A stretch of DNA of 64,000 nt from contig OY969814.1 of NCBI GenBank assembly GCA_963703345.1, positions 1,376,001-1,440,000 on the forward strand, in the 5' to 3' direction. Made by a program: the position numbers and the translations under genes. The stretch is from an uncultured Chloroflexia bacterium (GTDB lineage: Bacteria > Chloroflexota > Dehalococcoidia > DSTF01 > JALHUB01). Of the stretch, positions 55,538 to 64,000 are shown one piece after another. Numbering within the stretch: position 1 is the stretch's first letter; every line of letters begins with the position of its first letter. Below the pieces are notes generated by a model, which saw only the letters and a program-made list of their open reading frames with translations, was not told the origin of the DNA and ran no database searches.

Positions 55538-57250
55538 ATGCCGTCGCAACCGCCGCGCCGCGTCTTCCTCACCGGCTTCTCGTTCACCGGCAAGTCGCGT
55601 GTGGCGCCGCTGGCCGCGCAAACGCTCGGCTGGCGCGGCCTCGACCTCGACGACCTCATCGAAAAAGCTGCCGGCAAGCCCGTGCCCGCCGTGTTCGCCG
55701 ACGAAGGCGAGGCCGCCTTTCGGCTGCGCGAGACGGAGGCCCTGCGACGCGCCTGCCGGGAGATCGAGGTCGTGGTCGCCACCGGCGGCGGGGTCGTGCT
55801 GGCGGAAGAGAATCGACGCCTCATGGCGGAGAACGGCTTCGTCGTCTGCCTGGAGGCGCGCCCGCAGACGATACTGTCGCGGCTGCAGCAGCCGAGCGAT
55901 CGCGAGGAGTCCGAGCGGCCGCTCCTGCGCGGCGATGACCCTCTGGGACGCATACTTCGCCTGAAGGCGCAGCGCCAACCGCTATACGCCCTGGCCGACT
56001 TCACGGTCCACACCGACGACATGTCGCCGGAGCTTGTTGCCGAAGAGGTCGTGCGGGCGTGGCACCGCTTCGCCGAGTGCCTCACCTACGACGGCTCGCG
56101 TCTCGCAGGTACTGGCGCGTCGCTTGCCGACGACGCAGATCTCGTCTGCATCGTCACGACGGAAACGGCGCGCTATCCCCTCTTCGCCGGCTGGGGGATC
56201 AGCGATCGCCTGGGCGAGAAGCTACGCGAGGCGGGCCTGAGCGACGCGGTCTACGTCGTCACGGACTCCAACGTTCAGCCGCATTACGGGAGCCTGATCT
56301 CCGACGTTCTTTCCGCGAGCGGTTTCGCGGTTAGCACGCGCGTCGTTCCGGCCGGCGAGGCAAGCAAGACGCTGGAAAGCGCCTCCCGCATCTACGACTG
56401 GCTGGCGGCGAACAGGGCGGAGCGCGGCCAGGCGGTGCTTGCGCTCGGCGGTGGCGTCATCGGCGACCTGGCCGGCTTCGTGGCCGCGACCTACCTGCGC
56501 GGGCTGCCGCTCGTCCAAATGCCGACCAGCCTGCTGGCGATGGTTGATGCCTCCATCGGTGGCAAGGTGGCGGTCGACCGGCCGGAGGCGAAGAACCTCG
56601 TCGGCGCCTTCTACCAGCCGCGGCTCGTCTTCGCCGACGTGTCGATGCTGTGTACATTGCCGGAGCGAGAGCTGGTCTCCGGTTGGGCGGAAGTGATCAA
56701 GCATGCGCTGGTGCTAAGTCCCGCGCTGCTGTCCGTTCTTGAAGATAACGTCGACGCTCTTCTCGCGCTGGACCCGGCCGCGACGACGGAGGTTGTGCGG
56801 CAGTCGATGGTCTTGAAGGCGCAGGTGGTCGCCGAGGACGAGCGGGAGCTTACTGGTCGTCGCAGCATCCTCAACTACGGCCACACCATCGGCCACGCGC
56901 TGGAGGCGGCGACGGGCTACAACGTCCTCCTGCACGGCGAAGCTGTCGCCTGGGGGATGGCCGGCGCGTCTGAACTGGGGCGACGACTGGGACTGACGCC
57001 GCCGGAGCTTGGCGAACGGCAGAACGCGCTCCTGCGACGCTTTGGGCTGCTGCGGCCCCTTCCGCCGATAAGCGTCGACGCCGTCCTTGCGGCGATAAGC
57101 CTCGACAAGAAGGTCGTCGGCAAGCGCGTCCGCTGGGTGGTGCTTTCGGATGTCGGACAGCCGGCGCTGCGAAGCGACGTGCCGGCGGAACTGGCAAGAG
57201 AAGTCGTGCGGGGGGTCCTAAGCGAAGCTTCCAAGGAGGGGCGGATGTGA
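55538..57250 (+). CDS. aroKB: Fused shikimate kinase / 3-dehydroquinate synthase (AroK-AroB)
   Basis: GF..TGKS, GE..FR..E, RPLL; then GE..K, GGGVIGD.AGF, DASIGGK, LNYGHT.GHA.E. Confidence 0.93.
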   Translation: MPSQPPRRVFLTGFSFTGKSRVAPLAAQTLGWRGLDLDDLIEKAAGKPVPAVFADEGEAAFRLRETEALRRACREIEVVVATGGGVVLAEENRRLMAENGFVVCLEARPQTILSRLQQPSDREESERPLLRGDDPLGRILRLKAQRQPLYALADFTVHTDDMSPELVAEEVVRAWHRFAECLTYDGSRLAGTGASLADDADLVCIVTTETARYPLFAGWGISDRLGEKLREAGLSDAVYVVTDSNVQPHYGSLISDVLSASGFAVSTRVVPAGEASKTLESASRIYDWLAANRAERGQAVLALGGGVIGDLAGFVAATYLRGLPLVQMPTSLLAMVDASIGGKVAVDRPEAKNLVGAFYQPRLVFADVSMLCTLPERELVSGWAEVIKHALVLSPALLSVLEDNVDALLALDPAATTEVVRQSMVLKAQVVAEDERELTGRRSILNYGHTIGHALEAATGYNVLLHGEAVAWGMAGASELGRRLGLTPPELGERQNALLRRFGLLRPLPPISVDAVLAAISLDKKVVGKRVRWVVLSDVGQPALRSDVPAELAREVVRGVLSEASKEGRM

Positions 57251-57537
57251 CGGAGGAGGAGCGCGCGGCGCTAAAGGCGGTTGTGCGGGGCGCGGTGCAG
57301 GCGGTCGGCTTTCGCCAGTTCGTCGTCCTGCAGGCGCGGGCACTCGGCCTCGGTGGCTACGTGCGTAACGCCGACGACGGCCGCAGCGTCGAGGTGGTGG
57401 CGGAAGGGCCGCAATCCGACCTCGAGGAGCTGGTGCGACACCTGTGGAAAGGACCCTTCATGGCGCGCGTCGATAGCGTCCAGGTGCGCTGGTGCCACGC
57501 CTCCGGCGAGTTCGGCAGGTTCGAGGCGCGCTTCTAG
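57247..57537 (+). CDS. acyP: Acylphosphatase
   Basis: G.VQ.VGFR, G.VRN..DG.SVE. Confidence 0.9.
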   Translation: MTEEERAALKAVVRGAVQAVGFRQFVVLQARALGLGGYVRNADDGRSVEVVAEGPQSDLEELVRHLWKGPFMARVDSVQVRWCHASGEFGRFEARF

Positions 57538-58178
57538 CCGCGCCGTCGCACCGCCACGACGACGCTTTTCGGGTCGTCGACCCCCTTCAGCGGGCGCACC
57601 ATCCCTATCACCGTGCTGGCGACGATCTTGCGGACGAAGAGCGCCAGCGGCAGGCGCACGCCGTTGATGAAGAGCGCCGCGTCTTCGACGGGCTCCTGCG
57701 TGAGGAAGCGGCGGCGGACGAGCTCGGCCATGCGGGCGAAATCGTCGGCGGCGAAGGCGGGGATATCGAGCTCCGGCGGCTTGTCGCCCGCTATCGCGAG
57801 CAACTCGTTCTTGTGGCAAAGGAGCTCTGCGTCACCACGACGGACTTCCAGCTTCAGATAGGTGCTATTGCGAAAGCCGGCCGCGACCACAAGGTCGGGG
57901 TCGCCACGCATTTCCCAGACGAGCTCATCCAGCGACGGCTCCTCGTCGGATCGCCGGACCGACGCCACCGCGCCCGGCGCCCTTATGATCGCCATCTCGC
58001 TGCCCGCCGCCAGATAGTCGGCGGCCGCCTTCGACAGCTTCTCGAGCGCGGGCGGCTGCGTTGCCTCAACAGCAATGGCGATGCGCGCGCCGTGCGCCGT
58101 TAGCTCACGCAACAGCCCTTGGATGACCGCCTGCACGCCGGCGCGCTCTCTGCCCACGATGCAAAGTACGGGAGGCAA
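57534..58178 (-). CDS. MobB-like molybdopterin-guanine dinucleotide biosynthesis protein (degenerate P-loop)
   Basis: PVL.IVG, DLVV..GF, K.EV; C-terminal L.ING..LPL..FV..I....V.GMV..LKG. Confidence 0.7.
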   Translation of the reverse strand: MPPVLCIVGRERAGVQAVIQGLLRELTAHGARIAIAVEATQPPALEKLSKAAADYLAAGSEMAIIRAPGAVASVRRSDEEPSLDELVWEMRGDPDLVVAAGFRNSTYLKLEVRRGDAELLCHKNELLAIAGDKPPELDIPAFAADDFARMAELVRRRFLTQEPVEDAALFINGVRLPLALFVRKIVASTVIGMVRPLKGVDDPKSVVVAVRRRG

Positions 58179-58197
58179 GCATCTCCTCCTTCCCCGG

Positions 58198-58260
58198 CTA
58201 CTCTCCGTGCGACCAGTGCAACATCATCGCCGTCAGCTCATCGCCGGGGCGTACATCTGG
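58198..58260 (-). pseudogene. Possible 3' remnant of moeA
   Basis: DVRPGDELTAMMLHWSHGE* resembles MoeA C-termini; lies directly upstream of the mobB-like gene. Confidence 0.35.
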
Positions 58261-58288
58261 TCTGGGGTCGCTCGGATGAAGGCTGCGA

Positions 58289-58537
58289 CTAGAACCGGAC
58301 GGCAAGGCAGGTGGTGGTGCGCTGCACGCCGTCAACGCGCTGGAGGACGTCGGTGATGCAGCGCCCCAGCCGGTCGAGGTCCTCCGCCTCGATCTGGACG
58401 ATCACATCGTAGGGGCCGGTCACGGTGTCGACCGCGACGATATCAGCGTCGGGGTTACTCAAGCGGGAGATGGCGTCGCTTATCGACCTTGCCCTGCCGA
58501 CCTCCGCCTCGATCAGGACGTATCCATGCACCGACAT
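58289..58537 (-). CDS. Lrp/AsnC ligand-binding (stand-alone RAM) domain protein
   Basis: YVLI...G, VTGPYDVI, GV.RT.T; GAGG SD. Confidence 0.88.
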   Translation of the reverse strand: MSVHGYVLIEAEVGRARSISDAISRLSNPDADIVAVDTVTGPYDVIVQIEAEDLDRLGRCITDVLQRVDGVQRTTTCLAVRF

Positions 58538-58621
58538 CGTTGCCTCCTCTAGAGCTCGGTTTGCGAACATCATACGCGGCCCTCGCCTCGTGTCAAGCGA
58601 GCCGCTGGGCGGAGCGCTTCG

Positions 58622-58650
58622 TTGACTTGCCTCCGGCCCGATGCTATCAT
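58622..58650 (+). promoter_or_regulatory. Promoter of the tRNA-Val / T-box / thrS transcript
   Basis: TTGACT-17 bp-TATCAT with extended -10 TG. Confidence 0.75.
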
Positions 58651-58661
58651 CGTCCTGTTCC

Positions 58662-58738
58662 GGGCGATTAGCTCAGTTGGTTAGAGCGCTGCGTTGACAT
58701 CGCAGAGGTCACTGGTTCAAATCCAGTATCGCCCACCA
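58662..58738 (+). tRNA. tRNA-Val (GAC)
   Basis: GGGCGATTAGCTCAGTTGGTTAGAGC..CTGCG-TT-GAC-AT-CGCAG..GTTCAAATCC..CGCCCACCA. Confidence 0.96.
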
Positions 58739-58743
58739 TAGCA

Positions 58744-59092
58744 AAAGGCGACGACCAGGAAGCGTCGCGGTTGGGACGGCGGCAGAGAGGGACGCCACGG
58801 CTGAAAGCGCCCCGCCGGGAACACGGCGACAAACCCCCTGCGAGCCGGACGTCGAAAGGAAGCCAGTAGACGTTCCCGGAGGCACCCGTTACCGGCCGAA
58901 TCGAGTCCTCGCACGTGGCGGGCGACGAAGAGTACAGTTCTGCAGGATAAATCCCGCAGCCTGCAGTCAGGGGCTGAGGGGTTTTAACCCTCAGAGTTGC
59001 ACTTCTTCAGGTCTGCGGCCGACGAGACAGCGGGGAGAAACAAGGGTGGAACCACGTGCCTCTCGTCCCTTGGCGAGGGGCATTTCATTTGC
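58744..59092 (+). promoter_or_regulatory. Thr T-box riboswitch with terminator upstream of thrS
   Basis: AGAGAG and GCUGAAA in stem I, ACC specifier (58833-58835), AGUA, CCGUUA, AACAAGGGUGGAACCACG, hairpin plus UUUCAUUU. Confidence 0.9.
58932..59002. repeat. REPIN-like imperfect inverted repeat within the thrS T-box
   Basis: GTACAGTTCTGCAGGATAAATCCCGCAGCC / GGCTGAGGGGTTTTAACCCTCAGAGTTGCAC. Confidence 0.65.
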
Positions 59093-59116
59093 AGCGACAA
59101 GACAGCGAGGCATCGC

Positions 59117-60859
59117 ATGGAATCGAAAGACGAACGCCTGCACCGGATGCGACATTCGGCATCGCACATCATGGCCCAGGCCGTGCTCTCCCTGTTCCCG
59201 GAGGCGAAGTTCGCCATCGGCCCGGCAATCGAGAACGGCTTCTACTATGACTTCGACCTCCCGCGCAGCCTGACGCCGGAAGATCTTGCCGTCATCGAGC
59301 AGCGGATGCGCGAGACCGTCGCGGCCGACGTGCCGTTCGAACACGAGGAAGCGACGAAGGAGGAGGCGCGCAGGCTCTTCGCGGCCCAGCCCTACAAGCT
59401 GGAACTGATAGATGACGTCGAAGGCGACACAGTTAGCATCTACCGGCAGGACGGCTTCGTCGATCTCTGCGCCGGCCCCCACGTCGAGGGTACCGGCGAG
59501 GTGAAGGCGTTCAAGCTGACAAACGTCGCCGGCGCTTACTGGCGCGGAGACGAACACCGGCCGATGCTCCAGCGGATCTACGGCGCCCTGTTCGAGACGC
59601 AGGCAGAGCTGGACGACTACCTGCGCCGGCTGGAAGAGGCGCAGCAGCGCGACCATCGACGGCTGGGCCGCGAGCTGGAGCTGTTCATGAGCAGCAGCCT
59701 TGTCGGCGCCGGCCTGCCGCTGTGGCTGCCGAAGGGCGCCACGATTCGTCGCGTCCTCGAAGAGTGGATAACGAAGGAGGAGCGTCAGGCGGGCTATCTT
59801 CACGTCTACACGCCGGACATCGCCAAGCGCGAGCTCTACGAGAAGTCCGGCCACTGGGAGCACTACCAGGAGCTGATGTTTCCGCCGATGAAGCTCGAGC
59901 ACGAGGAGATGGTGCTCCGGCCGATGAACTGCCCGCACCACATCCTCATCTACTCCTCGAAGATGCGGAGCTACCGCGACCTGCCGGTGCGCATCGCTGA
60001 GCTGGGCACGATGTACCGCTTCGAGAAGTCCGGCGTCATGGGCGGCCTGACACGTGTCCGCGTCATGACCCTCAACGACGCCCACATCTTCTGCCGGCCG
60101 GACCAGATCGGCAGCGAGTTCGCCGGAGTGGTCGGCCTCATGGAGAAGGCCTACCGCGTCCTCGGCATCAGCGAGTACTCCTATCGCCTCTCCTTGCGCG
60201 ACCCGAGCGACAGGGGGAAGTTTGTCGACAACGACGCCATGTGGGACCTCGGCGAGCAGAAGCTGCGCGAGGCGATAGACGCCCTCGGCCTGCCGTACGT
60301 CGAAGCCGTCGGGGAAGCGGCGTTCTACGGCCCGAAGGTGGACGTCCAGATCCGCGACATGCTGGGCCGCGAGGAAACGCTCTCGACGATACAGCTCGAT
60401 TTTCACCTGCCCGAGCGCTTCTCGCTGACCTACATCGGCGAGGACGGCCGCGAGCACCAGCCGGTCATGATCCATCGCGGCGTCATCAGCACGATGGAGC
60501 GGATGACCGCCTACCTCATCGAGCAGTATGCGGGCGCCTTCCCGCTCTGGCTGGCGCCCATCCAGGCCGTGGTCGTGCCCATCGCCGACCGGCACATCGA
60601 ATACGGTCAGAAGGTCGCCGAGGCGCTCAAGCAGGCCGACCTGCGCGTGGAAGTCGACGACCGCAACGAGCGCATGAACGCCAAGATCCGCGACGCGCAG
60701 CTTCAGAAGGTGCCGTACATGCTCGTCGTCGGCGACAGGGAAGCCGAAGCGGGGACCGTCAACGTTCGCCTGCGCAACGGCGACAACCTGGGCGCGATGC
60801 CGCTCGACGAGCTCCTCGCGCGGCTGCAGCGCGAGGTCGCAGAACATAGCCAGACCTAG
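59117..60859 (+). CDS. thrS: Threonine--tRNA ligase (short form without TGS domain)
   Basis: RHSASH, GFYYDF, DLC.GPH, RDHR.LG, PMNCP.H, FYGPK.D, IHR. Confidence 0.97.
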   Translation: MESKDERLHRMRHSASHIMAQAVLSLFPEAKFAIGPAIENGFYYDFDLPRSLTPEDLAVIEQRMRETVAADVPFEHEEATKEEARRLFAAQPYKLELIDDVEGDTVSIYRQDGFVDLCAGPHVEGTGEVKAFKLTNVAGAYWRGDEHRPMLQRIYGALFETQAELDDYLRRLEEAQQRDHRRLGRELELFMSSSLVGAGLPLWLPKGATIRRVLEEWITKEERQAGYLHVYTPDIAKRELYEKSGHWEHYQELMFPPMKLEHEEMVLRPMNCPHHILIYSSKMRSYRDLPVRIAELGTMYRFEKSGVMGGLTRVRVMTLNDAHIFCRPDQIGSEFAGVVGLMEKAYRVLGISEYSYRLSLRDPSDRGKFVDNDAMWDLGEQKLREAIDALGLPYVEAVGEAAFYGPKVDVQIRDMLGREETLSTIQLDFHLPERFSLTYIGEDGREHQPVMIHRGVISTMERMTAYLIEQYAGAFPLWLAPIQAVVVPIADRHIEYGQKVAEALKQADLRVEVDDRNERMNAKIRDAQLQKVPYMLVVGDREAEAGTVNVRLRNGDNLGAMPLDELLARLQREVAEHSQT

Positions 60860-60873
60860 CAAGGAAGCGAAGC

Positions 60874-62400
60874 TTGTTCAAGAAGCTGCTCGTAGCGAAT
60901 CGCGGCGAGATCGCGCTGAGAGTCATGCGCACCTGTCGCGACTTGGGGGTCGCGGTGGTCGCCGTCTACTCCGACGCCGACCGCACGGCGCTCCACGTCC
61001 GCTACGCCGACGAGGCGTATCTCCTCGGCCCCGCCACGGCGGGCGAAAGCTACCTCAACATCGAACGCGTCATCGACGCCGCCGAACGCTCCGGCGCGGA
61101 GGCGGTCCATCCCGGCTACGGCTTTCTGGCCGAGAACGCGGCCTTCGTCGACGCCTGCGACAGCGCTGGCATCGCCTTCATCGGCCCTTCGTCGCGCGCG
61201 ATGCGCCTTCTGGGCGACAAGGTCGCGGCCCGTCGTCTGGCCGCCGCCGAGGGCGTTCCCGTTGTCCCGGGCGAAGACGCCGTCGCGACCGGCGAAGAGG
61301 CGCTCGCCGGTGCCGACAGGCTGGGCTATCCAGTCCTCGTCAAAGCGGTGGCCGGCGGCGGTGGCAAGGGGATACGGCTGGTGCGGGACCGCGCCGAAAT
61401 GGAAGCGGCCCTGCGGGTCGCTGGCAGCGAAGCGTCGTCCGCTTTCGGCGACCACGCCCTCTACATTGAGAAGCTGCTCGAGAATGTGCGCCACGTTGAG
61501 GTGCAGCTTCTCGCCGATGCCTTGGGCAACGTCGTCGCCCTGGGCGAGCGGGAGTGCTCGATCCAGCGCCGCCACCAGAAGCTCATCGAAGAGTCGCCTT
61601 CGCCCGCCGTCGACGCGTCGCTTCGCCAGGCGTTGGGGGCAGCCGCCGTCAAGATCGCGCGCGCGGCCGGCTACCGCAACGCCGGCACAGCGGAGTTCCT
61701 GCTGGATTCGCAGGGTCGCTTCTACTTCCTCGAGGTCAACGCTCGACTCCAGGTGGAGCACCCCGTGACGGAGCTCGTGACCGGCCTCGACCTCGTAGCG
61801 GAGCAACTGCGCCTCGCCGCCGCAGAGCGCCTCGGGTACGATATCGTGGAAATGCGCGGCTGGGCGCTGGAGTGCCGGATCGCCGCCGAAGACCCCTATA
61901 ATGACTTTCTGCCGTCGCTCGGCCGCGTGGACTACGTTAGCCAGCCGGCAGGCCCGGGCATCCGCGTCGACAGCGCTCTCTTCGCGGGCTGCGACGTTTC
62001 CTACCACTACGATCCGATGATCGCAAAAGTGATCGCCTGGGGCCGCGACCGCGACGAGGCGATTCGCCGGATGCGGCGGGCGCTGGCCGAGTTCGTAATC
62101 GTCGGCGTCAACACGAACATCCCGCTGCACATCCAGTTGCTCGAAGACCCGCGTTTCCTCGCCGGCAACATCCACACAACTTTCCTCGAGAGGGAGTTCA
62201 AAGCCGCAATCGCGTCGGACGAACAAGAGCGCCGGATTGCGCTGCTTGCGGCGGCCGTGCTGACACACCGGCGCGACAAGCGGTCGCGGGACGTGGTGTC
62301 GGCGAAGGACGGCGGGCGCTGGAAGACCCATTGGAGGCAAGCTGCGTTGAGGAGCAGCGATAGAGCGGAAGGGAAGGCATGGCGGCGAAGCAGCGACTGA
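60874..62400 (+). CDS. accC: Biotin carboxylase subunit of an acyl-CoA carboxylase
   Basis: ANRGEIA, HPGYGFLAEN, GGGGKG, CSIQRRHQK..EE, EVN.RLQVEH. Confidence 0.9.
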   Translation: MFKKLLVANRGEIALRVMRTCRDLGVAVVAVYSDADRTALHVRYADEAYLLGPATAGESYLNIERVIDAAERSGAEAVHPGYGFLAENAAFVDACDSAGIAFIGPSSRAMRLLGDKVAARRLAAAEGVPVVPGEDAVATGEEALAGADRLGYPVLVKAVAGGGGKGIRLVRDRAEMEAALRVAGSEASSAFGDHALYIEKLLENVRHVEVQLLADALGNVVALGERECSIQRRHQKLIEESPSPAVDASLRQALGAAAVKIARAAGYRNAGTAEFLLDSQGRFYFLEVNARLQVEHPVTELVTGLDLVAEQLRLAAAERLGYDIVEMRGWALECRIAAEDPYNDFLPSLGRVDYVSQPAGPGIRVDSALFAGCDVSYHYDPMIAKVIAWGRDRDEAIRRMRRALAEFVIVGVNTNIPLHIQLLEDPRFLAGNIHTTFLEREFKAAIASDEQERRIALLAAAVLTHRRDKRSRDVVSAKDGGRWKTHWRQAALRSSDRAEGKAWRRSSD

Positions 62401-62894
62401 AGCTGGGCGACGACGTCAAGGACGTCGAGATCGAGGAGAGCGGGCAGGTCGTGCTCGCCACGCTCGACGGCGTCAAGCACGAGCTGCGGCTGGAGCGCAT
62501 CGGCGATTCCGCCGAGTACTGCCTCATCGTCGATGGCCGGCCGCACCAGCTTTTCGCCGAGGAATCGCCGCACGGATACGAGATCATGGTCAACGGGCAC
62601 ACCTATTCCGTGACTACGACTCGCTTCGCACGTCCCGCCGTCGCTGTGCAGGGCGAGACGCTGCCGGCGCAGGCGGACGAGGAGTGGGTGCAGATATCGC
62701 CGATGGCCGGCGTGGTGCAAAGGGTGCTCGTGGCGCCGGACGACCGCGTCGAGGCGGGTGACGCCCTGCTGGTCATCGAGGCGATGAAGATGCAGAACGA
62801 GTTGCACGCGCATCGGAGCGGCCAGGTGAAGGCCGTCTACGTCACTGTCGGGCAGCAGGTGGAGCCCGGAACACCGCTGCTCGTGCTACTCTAG
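62379..62894 (+). CDS. Biotin carboxyl carrier protein
   Basis: SPMAG, EAMKM biotinylation motif. Confidence 0.92.
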   Translation: MAAKQRLKLGDDVKDVEIEESGQVVLATLDGVKHELRLERIGDSAEYCLIVDGRPHQLFAEESPHGYEIMVNGHTYSVTTTRFARPAVAVQGETLPAQADEEWVQISPMAGVVQRVLVAPDDRVEAGDALLVIEAMKMQNELHAHRSGQVKAVYVTVGQQVEPGTPLLVLL

Positions 62895-62918
62895 GTATAG
62901 GGCTCGGAAAGGATACCC

Positions 62919-62942
62919 GTGGGGCAGGCGTCCTGCTTGCCC
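62919..62942 (+). repeat. REP-like hairpin
   Basis: GTG-GGGCAGGC-GTCCT-GCTTGCCC. Confidence 0.45.
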
Positions 62943-62980
62943 GCAGACAAGCGGGAAATCTCGCGATTGGAGACGCAGCA

Positions 62981-64000
62981 ATGCAAGACTACCCCTGGTG
63001 GAACGACGCGCAGAAAAGGCTCATGGCGGACGCCCGCACCTTCACGACCGAAGTTCTCACCCCCCTTGCGGAACGCTCGGTCGTTAAGAAGGAGTATCCC
63101 TGGGCGGCGGTGCGCGAGATCGCCAGCAAGGGGTGGTTCGGCGCGACGACACCTGAGAAGTACGGCGGCCACCTGGAAGAATGGGGCGTCACCGGCGCTT
63201 GTATCCTGACAGAGGAGGTGAGCCGCGCCGGCGTCCTTGGCGCCGCCTATACAACCTGCCTCATCGGTGCGACGGCGCAACTGGTGCACAACGGCAGCGA
63301 GGAGCAGAAGCAGAGATGGCTCCCGGGGCTGGCGAAGGGCGACCTCCTCGGCTGCATCACGATGACGGAGCCGTACGCGGGATCGGACATCGCCGAGATC
63401 GAGACGACCGGCGTTCGCGACGGCGACTGCATCGTCGTCAACGGCATAAAGCGCTTCCAGACGAACGCCGCCGCCGCCGACCTCTACATGGCCTACGTCA
63501 AGACCAGCGAAGACCCGGCCGTTCGGGCAAAGTACGGACATCTCACCGGCATGATCATGGAAAAGGGGATGCCCGGCTTCCACGTCGAGCGCGTGAACGA
63601 TTGGGCGGGCTCCGCCGGCATGTACAACTGCTATTTGCGCTTCGACGACGTTCGGGTGCCGCTGGAGAACGTCATCGGCGGCGAGGGCGAGGGCTGGCGC
63701 GTGATGATGGACGGCCTCAACGTGGAGCGCATCGTGAACGGCGCCACGTACCTGGGGGAGATACGCGAAGCCATCCGCTATGCCCGTCAGCACCTGGAGC
63801 GGCGCATCCAGTTCCGCCAGCCAACCGGCGCGATTGCCGTCAACCAGTTCAAGCTTTCCGACATGTATTCGAAGTATATGCTGTCGCGCCTCATCGTCTT
63901 CTACGCCGCCTACGCCGCGGACCTCGGTCGGGACGTGCCGATCGAGGCGGGCCTTTGCAAGCTGTTCGCTTCCGACTCGCAACTGCAAATCGCCATCGAA
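62981..64000 (+). CDS. Acyl-CoA dehydrogenase (runs off the window end)
   Basis: MQDYPWW..PEKYGG, EQK.RWLP, MTEP.AGSD, NG.KRF.TN, F.DVRVP, R.QF; absent from the ORF track because there is no stop in the window. Confidence 0.92.
   Translation, partial: MQDYPWWNDAQKRLMADARTFTTEVLTPLAERSVVKKEYPWAAVREIASKGWFGATTPEKYGGHLEEWGVTGACILTEEVSRAGVLGAAYTTCLIGATAQLVHNGSEEQKQRWLPGLAKGDLLGCITMTEPYAGSDIAEIETTGVRDGDCIVVNGIKRFQTNAAAADLYMAYVKTSEDPAVRAKYGHLTGMIMEKGMPGFHVERVNDWAGSAGMYNCYLRFDDVRVPLENVIGGEGEGWRVMMDGLNVERIVNGATYLGEIREAIRYARQHLERRIQFRQPTGAIAVNQFKLSDMYSKYMLSRLIVFYAAYAADLGRDVPIEAGLCKLFASDSQLQIAIE

Noticed and set aside
55538-57250. AroK-AroB fusion as a novelty
   Set aside because: This fusion is already known from several bacterial lineages.

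Overview
High-GC bacterial chromosome segment, most likely Chloroflexota of the Dehalococcoidia type. This is inferred from the T-box riboswitches, the AroK-AroB fusion, the short ThrS and the cmk-plsC-ispH-DUF512 and dprA-topA-xerC gene orders. It is mostly housekeeping: a split trp cluster (trpAB plus T-box-controlled trpEGDCF), gltX, polA, mutM, xseAB, efp, topA, glmU, alaS-ruvX-mltG-aroE-aroC-aroKB, T-box thrS, a biotin carboxylase and four tRNAs. I saw no CRISPR array, rRNA, transposase or prophage. The most notable unexplained signals are: (1) a divergent RNA-handling module (RRM protein plus CxxC zinc-ribbon protein versus a DEAD-box helicase) whose two leaders share a start-codon-sequestering hairpin; (2) a structured leader with a terminator upstream of glmU; (3) a synonymously recoded duplicate of the dprA 3' end; (4) short palindromic elements, one in frame inside gltX and one inside the thrS T-box; (5) two AT-richer, defence-like genes flanking mutM; (6) a cmk with no canonical start codon; (7) several gene-end remnants (trpA, a hemolysin paralog, moeA, a histidine kinase). 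All calls come from reading the sequence by eye; no searches or folding programs were run.
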